A stretch of DNA of 64,000 nt. Origin: Polyangiales bacterium (GTDB taxonomy: Bacteria; Myxococcota_A; Polyangia; Polyangiales; Polyangiaceae). The first letter of the stretch is position 1. Each line of letters begins with the position of its first letter. A model generated the notes under the pieces. That model did no database searches. It saw nothing but the letters and a program-made list of their open reading frames with translations, and had not been told where the DNA came from. The DNA is taken from contig JBBRLQ010000009.1 in assembly GCA_038231275.1 (NCBI GenBank), positions 32,001 to 96,000 of the forward strand, read 5' to 3'. The position numbers and the translations under genes are program-made. This document shows positions 43,674-54,056 of this stretch, piece by piece.

Positions 43674-44002
43674 GCGAACGCCTCGCTCGAGTGGCGCGGG
43701 GCGCCGCTGCCGCCGGCGGTGTTCGCGAGGTCAGGCCGCCGATCGTCCCACACCGTCGGATCACGCACCTGCATCGTGCCGTTGAGCGGAAGCGCGTCCA
43801 GTCGGACCGTGAGCGACCCGTCGCGGTTGGTGAAGGCTGCGCCGATCTTCACCCAGAAGGCCTTGCCGGTCTTGTTCTCCACGACCGTGTAGACGTTCTT
43901 CACGCTCCCGTTCGTCGGGCCGGCGTTGCCGCCGATGCCGTTGCCGTTGCCGTTGCCGTTGCCGCCGATGCCGTTGCCGTTGCCGTTGCCGTTCGCTTCC
44001 AT
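43670..44002 (-). CDS. Small hypothetical protein with Gly-Asn repeat N-terminus and compact beta-rich domain
   Basis: AGGAGAG RBS-like site upstream, domain FWVKIGAAFTNRDGSLTVRLDALPLNG, and a stop overlapping the comEA GTG start. Confidence 0.75.
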
Positions 44003-44237
44003 GACTCGATCTCTCCTGTTCGTGCGACATCGCGCACGCTGAGGGCATTAGCGACGGCCGTGCCAATGGCGATAGCCTTGAATTATGCGGGTTTCGTCGT
44101 CTCACGCAGTGTCCCGGACGGCGGCATGGGTGTCCCCGGACGATTTCGCCGACACCGGCCCCGGACGCGATCGTATTGCCTCGATGACGCGCGCGATGGA
44201 TTCGCGGTGTCGTCACGCAACGAGAAGGAGAGGGGTC

Positions 44238-44681
44238 ATGCATCGAGCAGCAGCATGCGCGGGCGTCGCGGCGCTCGTGGGGTCGATCGGGTGCGCGCCT
44301 TTGGGCGCAGCCAACGGGGAGGGCGCGGCGACTGCCGGCCTGGCGTTCGAAGTTCCGGCGGATGTCACCGATGCGTGCACGCCGTCGGGCAGGACGCGGA
44401 TTCTGGCGACGGGCGTGGCGGAGTCGGAGCCGGTCCTCGCGCGCGCGCACGAAGGGTGGCTCTCGCTGACCTTCACGAGCCTGGAGCGTGGTCGCACGAC
44501 GCTCGATCTCGAGCTCGGGACGTTGAACGTGCTCGTCGCGCGTTCGACGTCGCTCGCGGCGCCCGATGTCGGCTCGCTCTCTGCCATCAACGAGAACGGT
44601 CACGGCGTGCAGGCGTGGCTGATCCCAGGCCCGAGGGGCACCGTCATCGCCGCGGCTCCGCTGGAGTGCGCGCATCGCTGA
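44238..44681 (+). CDS. Hypothetical lipoprotein
   Basis: AGGAGAGG RBS and signal peptide with SIGC lipobox-like end. Confidence 0.55.
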   Translation: MHRAAACAGVAALVGSIGCAPLGAANGEGAATAGLAFEVPADVTDACTPSGRTRILATGVAESEPVLARAHEGWLSLTFTSLERGRTTLDLELGTLNVLVARSTSLAAPDVGSLSAINENGHGVQAWLIPGPRGTVIAAAPLECAHR

Positions 44682-44718
44682 GCACCAACGGCTGCCGGAC
44701 TCGCGGCGCCCCACGACG

Positions 44719-44764
44719 AAACGCCCGCGCGCAGGGAGCTGCGTCGCGGGCGTTTTGCTATTTT
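44719..44764. terminator. Rho-independent terminator, likely bidirectional
   Basis: AAACGCCCGCG-CGCAG-ggag-CTGCG-t-CGCGGGCGTTT followed by a T-rich tract, between convergent genes. Confidence 0.75.
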
Positions 44765-44804
44765 GTGGCTAAAAAATAGGCAAATAGAGCCAACAGAAGA
44801 GGGC

Positions 44805-45497
44805 TCAGCTCTTCGAGCGAACGCCCGTGAGGACGCGGCCTGCCGCAGCGCCGAGGCCCATCAAGATGATGATCGGTGTGATGTGGCCCACGAGGACGTG
44901 CGCGGGACCGGCGATGGGGCACCACAGATCGACGAGGACGCCAGCGATCGCGCCCATCGCCACGCCGCGCGCCGCGCCGGTCGCGCCAGGGTATGCGGGG
45001 TTCCGCTCGCGGCGCACATACGAGAGCGCGATGAGAGGCCATGCGGTCATCGCCAGGGTGAACGAAAGGCACTTGAAGCCGACGCGGCCAGGGATTTCGC
45101 GCATCGTCTCAGGGAACTGCATGTTCCACAGGAGCATCCAGCCGAAGAGGACGACCGGCGTGAGAATCGCGATCGCCAGGAGCCACGACAAGCGGCGGCC
45201 GAGCATCGACGCGCCACGCGTGAAGGCGAGCCACATCGCGACCGCGGCGACCGCCGACCAGCCTATGACCGTCGCGCACACGAACGTGAGCGGCCGATCG
45301 GGGATGGGGATGCGCCCCGAAGGATCGCCGATGTGCACGCCGCCCAACCAAAAAAACAGCGCCGCCGCGAAGAGTACCGCCGCGATCGTGACGAGGATGA
45401 CGACCCTTCGCGCGGCCTGGCGCGTCGGCGCGGCCTCACGCTTGGCCGCGTTCATGATCCGCGATTTGAGGTCCGGCGAGAGGTTCACTGCAGCCAC
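44805..45497 (-). CDS. NrsF/DUF1109-like membrane anti-sigma factor
   Basis: Multiple TM segments with GFKCL and DLWCP....HVLVGH. It overlaps the ECF sigma gene. Confidence 0.75.
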   Translation of the reverse strand: MAAVNLSPDLKSRIMNAAKREAAPTRQAARRVVILVTIAAVLFAAALFFWLGGVHIGDPSGRIPIPDRPLTFVCATVIGWSAVAAVAMWLAFTRGASMLGRRLSWLLAIAILTPVVLFGWMLLWNMQFPETMREIPGRVGFKCLSFTLAMTAWPLIALSYVRRERNPAYPGATGAARGVAMGAIAGVLVDLWCPIAGPAHVLVGHITPIIILMGLGAAAGRVLTGVRSKS

Positions 45498-46075
45498 TCC
45501 TTATCTAGCATGTCCCCCATCGATGCGCGCAGGGCGTCATAGGCCCTGAACGCACGCAATTTTACGGCGTTGGGCGAGATCTCGAGGACCTCGGCCGCCT
45601 CCGCGAGGGACAGTCCGTCGACCTTCACCAACATGAAGGCCTCACGTTGCGTCTCCGGCATCCGGGAGAGCTCCACCTCGACGCGCTCGGCGACCTGACG
45701 GGCCTGGAGCACCTCGTCCCCGCGCGGGTCTCTCGAGGGGGGCGGTGCGCTGTCGAGATCGGCGTCGCGCGAGATCGGTACTTGGCGATGGCTCTTGCGG
45801 CTGGCGTCGATGAGCAGGCGCCGCGCGATGGTGAAGGCCCACGGCGTCACCCTCGCGCCGCGGAAGAAGCTCGCGCGCGCGCCGCAGATGTTGAGGAACG
45901 TCTCTTGGAGGAGATCTTCGGCCTGGCCGACGTTGCGCGTCTGACGGTGGAGGAAGCGGAGGAGGCGCGGCGCGAGCGCGTCGTACACCTCGCCGAACGC
46001 GGCTTCGTCGCCGTCGGCGTAGCGCTCCATCGCGGCATCGACCGCAGCGCAGTCCGTTTCGTCGCGCTTCTCCAA
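45485..46075 (-). CDS. ECF RNA polymerase sigma-70 factor
   Basis: GDEAAFGEVY, AEDLLQETF, WAFTIARRLLID, QREAFML...GLSLAEAAEVL....NAVKLRAFRA. Confidence 0.92.
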   Translation of the reverse strand: MEKRDETDCAAVDAAMERYADGDEAAFGEVYDALAPRLLRFLHRQTRNVGQAEDLLQETFLNICGARASFFRGARVTPWAFTIARRLLIDASRKSHRQVPISRDADLDSAPPPSRDPRGDEVLQARQVAERVEVELSRMPETQREAFMLVKVDGLSLAEAAEVLEISPNAVKLRAFRAYDALRASMGDMLDKEWLQ

Positions 46076-46362
46076 GCCAGACCCCCGAGCTACGAACCAC
46101 TGCGCGTTGCCGTCCCCCGGCCCTCACGGAGGGAATACGAACCGCGCCTCCTCTGGTGTCGCCCTTCTACACATGAATCGCAGAAAGCGGGCGATTCGTC
46201 TGCCGCACGCGTTTTTTTTCTCTCGGTCGACACCGCGCCGATCGCCCGTCGTATTGCCTGATCGCGCCGGTTGGTCGCCCTGCGAAGGGGACGCCGGGCG
46301 TGGGCGGGGTTGGCGACGAGACAGCGCGCGCGAAGGCGTGGCGCAATAGGTGGAGGTGTTCC

Positions 46363-46890
46363 TTGGAAACGACGACCAAGATGATGGGGATCGTGTGCGC
46401 GCTCGGCGCGCTCATGGGATGTGCGGAAACGCAATCGGCGGCGCACGCGACGACGGCCGCCGCGCTGAGCGACGACGACGTGGCGGACAAAAAGCCGGTC
46501 GTTCGCCTGCGCATGGAAGCGGCGGAGGACGCCGTGCAGCAAGCCGCGTTCACGTCGGTCCGTCGCACGCTCGTGGAGCAGGGCTTCGTCGTCGGGAGCG
46601 GCTTCATCGAGGGTCACGACGCCGATGTCGTGATTCGCAGCTCTCGCGAAGGCGCCGTGACCCGCGTCTCGCTCGCCGCGCGGCTCGGCTCGCGCGCGAT
46701 GGTGCCCGTCACCGTGGACGTCGCGGGCGATGGCGGCGCGGCCGACGACGACGCCGTCGGTGAGATGGCGATGCGCTGGCAGCGGCGCTTCAACCGAAGC
46801 CCGCACCTCGACCGGCACCTCGAGGCCGATTTCGTCTCGCTCCCGACGTTCACGCCCGGCGCCTCCAGAGGGCTCGAGGGGACGAGGTGA
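46363..46890 (+). CDS. Hypothetical lipoprotein
   Basis: GGAGGT RBS before TTG (alternative ATG at 46381) and LMGC lipobox. The stop overlaps the next start (GTGA). Confidence 0.6.
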   Translation: METTTKMMGIVCALGALMGCAETQSAAHATTAAALSDDDVADKKPVVRLRMEAAEDAVQQAAFTSVRRTLVEQGFVVGSGFIEGHDADVVIRSSREGAVTRVSLAARLGSRAMVPVTVDVAGDGGAADDDAVGEMAMRWQRRFNRSPHLDRHLEADFVSLPTFTPGASRGLEGTR

Positions 46891-47930
46891 TCCCGTTTCG
46901 GGCCGAGACCCTCCGCGTCCTGGCGGTGTGCATCGCCCTCATCGCGATCCCTGCGTTCACGCTCGTCGCGTGCTCGGGGCGCGGCGGGCCGAACGAGCCG
47001 TTCGAGTGCAAGAGCGACATCGATCACCCGAAGGAGCTCGCCTGCACGGGCCTCTATTCGAGATGGTCGGGCAAGGACGTCGCACAGGATGTCCTCCCGT
47101 TTACGCCGGGCTTCGCGGCGTGGAGCGACGGAATGGAAAAGCAGCGATGGATCGCCCTCCCCGCCGGGGCGAAGATCGACACGACGAACCCCGACGAATG
47201 GGTGTTCCCGGTGGGCACGCGCGTGTGGAAGGAGTTCCGCCACGGCGTGACGCGGATCGAGACGCGCTTCGCGGAGAAGCTCGCGAGCGGAGAGTGGATG
47301 CGGACCACGTACCGGTGGTCCGCGGACGGCGAGTCGGCGGCGACGGAGCTCACCGCCGGCGAGAAGGACGTCGCGGGGATGGGCTACGAGATCCCCTCCC
47401 GCGAGAGCTGCGCGACGTGCCATCGTGGTCGCGCGGACGGCGTGCTCGGCTTCGACGCCATCACGCTGTCGGCGCCCGGCGCGACCGGTCTCACGCTCGC
47501 CGAGCTTTCGCGGCGCGATCTTCTCACCGTCCCCGTCGCTGCGCCGATCGTGCCCGGCGACGAGGGCGCGGTGGCGGCGCTCGGTTGGCTCCACGCGAGC
47601 TGCGGCGTGCCCTGTCACAACGCGTCACCTCGCGCGACCGCTCACTTCACCGGCTTGAACATGCGCCTCGACGTCGCCACGCTGGCCGCCGGCGTCGAAG
47701 GAACGAACGCGTACCGCACCGCGGTCGGCGTTCCCTCGAATTTCCAGGCGCCCACCGGCGCCCACGTCCGCATCGCCCCCGGCGATCCCGACGCCAGCAC
47801 CCTCGTCTTCCGCGCGGGCTACCGCGACCCGACGGGCCAGTACCAGATGCCGCCGCTGGGGACCCACTCCGTGGACCCGCGAGGCCTCGAGGCGCTGCGC
47901 ACCTGGATCGCAAGCCTCCACACGCTCTGA
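46887..47930 (+). CDS. Putative c-type cytochrome lipoprotein (SO2930-like diheme domain)
   Basis: LVAC lipobox, WSDGMEKQRWIALP, WVFPVGTRVWKEF, IETR, CATCH, CGVPCHN, IAPGDPDAS and QMPPLG. Confidence 0.75.
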   Translation: MIPFRAETLRVLAVCIALIAIPAFTLVACSGRGGPNEPFECKSDIDHPKELACTGLYSRWSGKDVAQDVLPFTPGFAAWSDGMEKQRWIALPAGAKIDTTNPDEWVFPVGTRVWKEFRHGVTRIETRFAEKLASGEWMRTTYRWSADGESAATELTAGEKDVAGMGYEIPSRESCATCHRGRADGVLGFDAITLSAPGATGLTLAELSRRDLLTVPVAAPIVPGDEGAVAALGWLHASCGVPCHNASPRATAHFTGLNMRLDVATLAAGVEGTNAYRTAVGVPSNFQAPTGAHVRIAPGDPDASTLVFRAGYRDPTGQYQMPPLGTHSVDPRGLEALRTWIASLHTL

Positions 47931-47960
47931 CTGCGACTTCTTTAAAAAATGGAGCTGACC

Positions 47961-48704
47961 ATGAAACGTGCACTCGCGATCACGACGATCCTCGCCCTCC
48001 AAGGCTGCAGCGGCGACGACACGACCGCCGGCTCCCCCGACGCTTCTGCGCACGCCGACGGCGCTGCAGACTCGAGCGTTCCGGTCGATGGCAACGGCGG
48101 GCAGGACGTCACGCCGCCCCCCGACACGGGCTCCGACGCGGACGGTGGCACCATCGCCGACGCGACCCCCGACGTGAACGACGCGGACCCCGACGCGTGT
48201 CCGTCGTCGTGGACGACCGCGCCCGCGGTCTCTCCGCCCATTCAGTTCCCCGCCGACGGCGGAAGCGCGCTCCTCCACGCGGGCGCGATCGGCACCCAGA
48301 ATTACACGTGCTCGCAGGTTACGGTCGACGGCGGCACCGCGTACGCGTGGGTCTTCGTAGGCCCCGAGGCCGATCTCGCCGACTGCCACGCCGCCAAGAT
48401 CGGCACGCACTTCGCGAGCGACGCCGGCGCGGCCGCCCCCGAGTGGCAGACGACCGACGGCACGTACGTCATCGGCAAGAAGCTCGCGGCGCTCACGCCC
48501 GACGGCGGCGCGACCGCGATCCCGTGGCTCCTCATCCAGGAGACCAGCAACGGCGGTACCGGCACGCTCTCGAAGGCCGGCTACGTGCAGCGCCTCAACA
48601 CGGCCGGCGGCATCGCCCCCGCCGTGACGTGCGACGTGAGCAACGTGGGGACGACGCAGAAGGTATCGTACACCGCCGATTACTTCTTCTTCGGCACTCC
48701 GTGA
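47961..48704 (+). CDS. DUF3455-like lipoprotein
   Basis: LQGC lipobox, GTQNYTC, GPEADL, IGTHF, PEW, AIPWLL, YVQRLNTAGGIAP and YTADYFF. Confidence 0.82.
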   Translation: MKRALAITTILALQGCSGDDTTAGSPDASAHADGAADSSVPVDGNGGQDVTPPPDTGSDADGGTIADATPDVNDADPDACPSSWTTAPAVSPPIQFPADGGSALLHAGAIGTQNYTCSQVTVDGGTAYAWVFVGPEADLADCHAAKIGTHFASDAGAAAPEWQTTDGTYVIGKKLAALTPDGGATAIPWLLIQETSNGGTGTLSKAGYVQRLNTAGGIAPAVTCDVSNVGTTQKVSYTADYFFFGTP

Positions 48705-48729
48705 CCGCGGGCGCGCGACGGCTGGCGCG

Positions 48730-50157
48730 TCAGTAGCTCGCCATCGCGTGCGTGCTGCGCGCTGGCGGAGCGGCGACGGCGCGCTGCGTCCATGCGGCGC
48801 CGTCGTACTCCCACGTGTCGTTCACGAGTGTCGTTCCCGCATCGCCTCCCGCGATCTCGCCGCCGAAGAGGACGACCTTGCCGCCCAATGTGGCCGAGGC
48901 GTGATCGGTCCGCCCGATGGGACCCGCGATCGCGGCCTTGGCCCAGGCGCTGCCGTTCCACTCCCAGGTGTCGAGATCGTGCGACGAGCCGCCGAAAAGG
49001 TTCGTCTCGCTGCCGCCGAAGAGGACGACCTTCGTCGGGAGCGCGGACAGGCTCATGTCGTTGCGCGCGTTCGGGCCCGACGTTGCGGTGCCGCCGCTCC
49101 ACGCTGTGCCGTTCCACATCCACGTCTCGCCGGGGGCCGCTTGGAAACCGGTGCCGTCGCCGCCAAAGAGGAGCGTCTGCGCGCCCAGCGTGGCCATGCG
49201 GTGGCCGACGCGACCGGAGGGCGTGGTCGTGAGGACGTGCCTCGTCCACGACGCGCCGTTCCACTCCCACGTATCCGTGGGATCGACGACGCCGCCGTCT
49301 CCGTCGATGGCGCTGCCGCCGAAGAGGTAGACCTTGCCGGCGAGCGTGGCCATCGCCATGCGCCTGCGCGGCTCGGGCCCGGCGACGGCGCGCTTCGTCC
49401 ACGTCGATCCGTCGAACTCCCACGTGTCCGAGAAGCGGTTCGTGCCATCGAAGCCGCCGAAGAGGACCACCTTGCCGTTCAGCGCCGCCATCGCGTGGTA
49501 CTGGCGCGCTTGCGGACCGGCGATCGAGCGCCGGGTCCACGACGCGCCGTCCCAGATCCACGTGTCGCCGAGGACGTTCGTGCCGTTGTGACCTCCGAAG
49601 AGGAGCACGTGACCGGACGGCTGCGGCGGAACGCACGCGCTGCTCGTGCACGTCGCGCCGCCGGTGCACACGCCGCACGTCGCGCCGCCGGTTCCGCATG
49701 CGCTCTCGGTGGTGCCGGGCGCGCACGTCCCGCCGGCGCAGCAGCCGTTGCACGTGGAGGGACCGCACGCGCATCCCGCCGAACAGACGCTCGCGCAGCC
49801 GTCGCTCGCGCCGCACGCCTTGCCGTTGCAGCTCGGTGTGCACGTGCCGGTGCCGCACAGGTTGGGGCCACCGGCGCCGCACGTGAGGCCGCCCGGGCAC
49901 GCGGAGCAGTCGATGACGTTGCCGCACCGGCCGACGAGCTGGCCGCACTTGCCTGCGCAGTCGGCGGCGTTGAAGGGGACGCAGGCGGCGCCGTCGCCGA
50001 CCGTCGCGTCGCCGACCGGACCAGGACCAGGACCGGCGTCGCCCGCGACCGAGGCGTCGGAGTCCGAAGGGAAGACGACGCCGTCGGCGCCGCCGCACGC
50101 TGCGAGACCGACGGCGAGCGCCGCCGCGACGAGGAAGGCCGCTCTGACGTTTGGCAT
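48730..50157 (-). CDS. Kelch-repeat lipoprotein with Cys-rich N-terminal region
   Basis: LAAC lipobox and six VVLFGG...DTWEWNG..W...P..R..HAMA repeats. Confidence 0.88.
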   Translation of the reverse strand: MPNVRAAFLVAAALAVGLAACGGADGVVFPSDSDASVAGDAGPGPGPVGDATVGDGAACVPFNAADCAGKCGQLVGRCGNVIDCSACPGGLTCGAGGPNLCGTGTCTPSCNGKACGASDGCASVCSAGCACGPSTCNGCCAGGTCAPGTTESACGTGGATCGVCTGGATCTSSACVPPQPSGHVLLFGGHNGTNVLGDTWIWDGASWTRRSIAGPQARQYHAMAALNGKVVLFGGFDGTNRFSDTWEFDGSTWTKRAVAGPEPRRRMAMATLAGKVYLFGGSAIDGDGGVVDPTDTWEWNGASWTRHVLTTTPSGRVGHRMATLGAQTLLFGGDGTGFQAAPGETWMWNGTAWSGGTATSGPNARNDMSLSALPTKVVLFGGSETNLFGGSSHDLDTWEWNGSAWAKAAIAGPIGRTDHASATLGGKVVLFGGEIAGGDAGTTLVNDTWEYDGAAWTQRAVAAPPARSTHAMASY

Positions 50158-50314
50158 GGGTGCGCGACCGGGAGATACGCGTTGGCGTGCGCACCCTTCC
50201 CTCCACCCCCGCGAAATCCCAAAGGACCGAGCTCTGCCGCTGCGCGCGGGTGCCTAGTTGGCGCAGCCATTTCGTGCCATGCTAGCCTTCCGAAATCTCA
50301 CGAGGGAGCAAGCC

Positions 50315-51400
50315 ATGAGCGACCGTGGAGCGAACGACGTCATCGCGAAAATCGAAGAGGATTCGAGCCTTAGCCGGCGCGCGTTCGTCGGTGCAGCTGC
50401 CGCGGCAGCCGTCGCAACGACCCTCCTCTCCTCTACTGAGGCCGCTGCCGAGGAGAAGAGCCTCGCCGCCGCCCCGCCCGCCGGCTTCACGCCGATGTCG
50501 GCCCCCGGCAAGATCGTGAAGGTCACGAAGAAGGACTGCCTTCAGACTAACCAGCTCTACCCCAAGGAGGACGACGCCAAGGCGATGCTCACGCGCGCCA
50601 TGACGGAGTTCACCGGCAAGGGCGATCTCGTCGAGTCCATCAAGCTCTTCATCCACCCGCAGGACATCGTCTGCGTGAAGGTGAACGGCATCGCGCTCCA
50701 GAACATGGGCACGAACAAGGAGCTCGTTCTCCCGTTCCTCGAGGCGATGATCGCGTCGGGTGTCCCGGCCGAGAACATCACCGTGCTCGAGCAGTACGGC
50801 AGCTTCCTCGGTGGCACACGCATCAACGCGCAGAACGTCCCCAAGGGCGTGAAGGTCGTCGTCCACGGCAACGGCGACACGACGATGCCCGATCGCCTCA
50901 TCCCCGGCACCGGCGTGAAGACCAAATTCTGTCGCACGCTGACCGAGTCGACCGCGGTGGTGAACTTCTCGCTGATCAAGGACCACTCGATCTGCGGCTA
51001 CACCGGCCTGCTCAAGAACATGACGCACGGCACGCAGACGTCGCCGCACAACTTCCACTCGCACCACGCGAGCCCGCAGATCGCGCAGCTGTACGCGCAG
51101 GACATCATCAAGTCGCGCGTGCGCTTGAACATCACCGACGGGTTCAAGATCATGGCGCACGGCGGCCCGCTCTACAAATCGCCGAAGCACGTGCGCGCGC
51201 ACGAGAGCGTCTACGTCTCGACCGACGCGGTCGCGATGGACACGATCGGCGCGGAGCTCGTCGACAAGGCGCGCGCGGACTTCAACCTGAAGTCGCTCGC
51301 CGACGAGGGGCGGGCGCCGGCGTACATCAAGGCGGCGGCGGACCTGGGGCTCGGGATCGGCGACAAGGCCCAGATCCAGCTTCGCGAAGTCACGATCTGA
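50315..51400 (+). CDS. DUF362 domain protein with Tat signal
   Basis: GGGAG RBS, SRRAFVG twin-Arg motif, VCVKVN, IKDHSICGYTGLLKNMTHG, NITDG and STDAVAMD. Confidence 0.8.
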   Translation: MSDRGANDVIAKIEEDSSLSRRAFVGAAAAAAVATTLLSSTEAAAEEKSLAAAPPAGFTPMSAPGKIVKVTKKDCLQTNQLYPKEDDAKAMLTRAMTEFTGKGDLVESIKLFIHPQDIVCVKVNGIALQNMGTNKELVLPFLEAMIASGVPAENITVLEQYGSFLGGTRINAQNVPKGVKVVVHGNGDTTMPDRLIPGTGVKTKFCRTLTESTAVVNFSLIKDHSICGYTGLLKNMTHGTQTSPHNFHSHHASPQIAQLYAQDIIKSRVRLNITDGFKIMAHGGPLYKSPKHVRAHESVYVSTDAVAMDTIGAELVDKARADFNLKSLADEGRAPAYIKAAADLGLGIGDKAQIQLREVTI

Positions 51401-51466
51401 CCGTTCGCGAGAATTTTCTGCGACATGTGACGGCCCGGCGGCTCTTCCCGCCGAGGTGCCGGTCAC

Positions 51467-52458
51467 ATGGTCTTTCGTCGTAGGTTCTCGGGAGTTCTCC
51501 TCGCCGCGGTCGCAATGGCCGCATGTCACGCGGCGTCGGTGGGTGGTGGGACCACGTGCCAAAGCGCGCCCGTCTGTCCTGGCCAGACCGTCGACGCGTG
51601 CACCACGACCGACGAGAGCGGCGCGTGCACCCAGATCACGTACGCAATGGGCGACAAGAAGTGGACGTGCGCGGCGTGCGGCGATTGCGTCGCGGCCGCG
51701 AGCGCCGTCGCTACGGCGTGCGGCGCCGGAGGGGGTGACGCGGGGGTCGTTGGCGACGGCGCGGTGCTCGACACGGGGAGCGGCCCACGAGGAGACGCGG
51801 CCGACGGCGGCGAGACGAGGCCGGTGACGTCTTGTGAAGGACCGAGGACGTGTGCGAGCGGGGAAACGCTGCGCCACTGCACGACGACACTAGGCGGCGC
51901 GTGCGTCACCGAGGCGTATGCATTCTCCAACGGAGACTCCCAGTCGTGCACCTGTGGGAGCTGCGCGCAAATCGCAGCGCTCGCGTCGGCGCGATGCGAC
52001 GGACCCGGCGACGCGGGCACCGACGCCAGCACCTGCGGCACTCCGCCGGCGCTCCATCCCGAAGCGACGCCAGGTGTGTATTGTCCGTTCACCGCGGCGG
52101 GAAAGTCCGTGTGTGCGGCCGGCGAACAATGCTGCGAGCCTCCCGCGGCGTCTGGGCAGCTCTCGGTGTGCGCCCCCGGGGGCACCGCGTGCGGCGTCAC
52201 GGGCGCGCTCGTGTGGAGATGCGAGGACGCGCTCGATTGCGCGGGCAATGCCGCGACGCCCGTGTGCTGCGGGAGCGGCGCGGTGGTGCTCGACGCCACG
52301 TGCGGCTTCCACCGTGGGAGCGCGTTCACCGGCTCGCATTGCGCGGCGAGCTGCGGGGCGGCGGAGGTCCAGATTTGCGAGTCGGCCGCGCAGTGTCCCG
52401 CGGGGAAGACGTGCACGCCGTTCAAGACGAATGGGCTCGCGATGGGGGTGTGCCTGTA

Positions 52459-52459
<1 letters not shown>
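51467..52459 (+). CDS. Cys-rich lipoprotein, unknown function
   Basis: MAAC lipobox, more than 30 Cys, two related CTTT...GAC...YA...C..C..C modules and DAG linkers. Confidence 0.7.
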
Positions 52460-52530
<71 letters not shown>

Positions 52531-52534
52531 GCTT

Positions 52535-53557
52535 TTATTTTTTTGGATACGCCGCGGCGAGCAGCGCCCACTCCTCCGCCGTCACCGGCCCATCCGGATC
52601 CGACATGATGTCCGACGGCTCTCGCTCATCGAGGTACGCGCAGCGGGACATCTCGTAGGTCTTTGCGTAGCGATCGGCGAAACCCAGCACATGGCCAATT
52701 TCATGGGCGATCGCGTGCGCGCGCACGTCCGGGTTCAACAGGATCTCGCGGTGCTTTTCGGAGACGTGGGAGGGCTCGCCGGCGGTGTCGCCGAGCTCGA
52801 AGCGGTAGGCGTTCGGCTTGGTCGCCTGCGAGGTCCAGCGGACGCGCACCGCGAGCGCCTTCGACGTCCACACGCCCTCGATGTATGCCGCAACCTTCGC
52901 CTTGTCGCGCTCGAACGGACCCGCATCGAGGAGAACGGTGAGCGCGTCGCCCTCGCGTGTGACGGCGGCGTCCGGCTTGGCGGCGTGCGGAGGGAGTGAG
53001 GTGTGTGTCGTGTCGCGCCACACGCCGGCGACGACGCGCGCCGTGTCGAAGACGAGGAGCGCGCGCGCTTCGCGTGCGAGCGTGATCCATCCCTCGTCCA
53101 CCACCGGCGCCGGGCGCGCTGGGCGCTCGGCGAGAAACTCGGCGAGCGCGTCCCACGAACGTTCCCGAGTCGTCCAGCCGGCGACGGGAGGCGGCGCGTC
53201 TCCCTCGCGCACGTACGTGGGGCCGAGTCGAACGCGCTTCGTCGACTTCGCTTCGGCGAGCGATGCGCCGCGCGCCTCGATCTCGGGCCACACCGCGTCG
53301 ACCGCCGCGGCGATCTCGCGTCGCGTGTCTCGGACCTTCCCCTCGCACGTGTCGACGTGCGTGCCTGATTCGATCGCGCGGACGCGTTCCAAGAGCGGCG
53401 AAGCGGTCGTCGCGCCTTCGCGAGCGGCGGAGGCAGGTGGAGACGTCGTGGACGAACCCGACGAGGACGAGGACGAGCAGCTACGCGACGAACATCCCGC
53501 GGTGGCCATCCACGCGGCGGCGCACGCGATCCGGATGCAGAGGCGAGCTCGAGTCAT
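52535..53557 (-). CDS. Putative zinc metalloprotease lipoprotein (metzincin-like)
   Basis: AHEIGHVLGFAD (HExxHxxGxxD), Met-turn-like DIMS and TAGC lipobox. Confidence 0.72.
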   Translation of the reverse strand: MTRARLCIRIACAAAWMATAGCSSRSCSSSSSSGSSTTSPPASAAREGATTASPLLERVRAIESGTHVDTCEGKVRDTRREIAAAVDAVWPEIEARGASLAEAKSTKRVRLGPTYVREGDAPPPVAGWTTRERSWDALAEFLAERPARPAPVVDEGWITLAREARALLVFDTARVVAGVWRDTTHTSLPPHAAKPDAAVTREGDALTVLLDAGPFERDKAKVAAYIEGVWTSKALAVRVRWTSQATKPNAYRFELGDTAGEPSHVSEKHREILLNPDVRAHAIAHEIGHVLGFADRYAKTYEMSRCAYLDEREPSDIMSDPDGPVTAEEWALLAAAYPKK

Positions 53558-53659
53558 GCGCGTGATCGAGAGTACGCCCGCCTGCGCTCACGCGCGACCG
53601 CCCCGGTTTGACCGCCGCGGAGCACAGCGTTACGACCTACGGCGTTCGAAGGAGGCTCC

Positions 53660-54043
53660 ATGCGTGTCACGATCCTCGGTCTCACGGCGCTCGTCCTGGC
53701 GCTGGCCGCATCGTGCGGCGGAAGCGGGACAAGCAGCGGGAGCAGCGGAAGCAGCGGAGCCAGCAGCAGCGGCGGTGGCAGTAGCAGCGGCTTCGGGACC
53801 AGCGGCGCGAGCGGCAGCGGAGGCGGCGACGCCGCGCCCATGTCCGATGCCTCGCGCGACTCCGGCCTCGGCGCGTGCACCCGCGCGACGGATCTCGACG
53901 TCGACTGCAAGACGAAATACGGCACCGTCTCCCCCAACGGGTGGACGTGCCCGTCGTTGAGCCCCTTCGACACGCCCCCCTGTCAGCCCCTCGACACACG
54001 CGGCTGCACCGAGGTGTGCACGAACCGCTGCTGCCCCCCGTGA
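53660..54043 (+). CDS. Small Cys-rich lipoprotein with Ser/Gly linker
   Basis: AGGAGG RBS, AASC lipobox, SG repeats and 8 Cys in the C-terminal domain. Confidence 0.75.
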   Translation: MRVTILGLTALVLALAASCGGSGTSSGSSGSSGASSSGGGSSSGFGTSGASGSGGGDAAPMSDASRDSGLGACTRATDLDVDCKTKYGTVSPNGWTCPSLSPFDTPPCQPLDTRGCTEVCTNRCCPP

Positions 54044-54056
54044 CGCGGAGTCTCTT

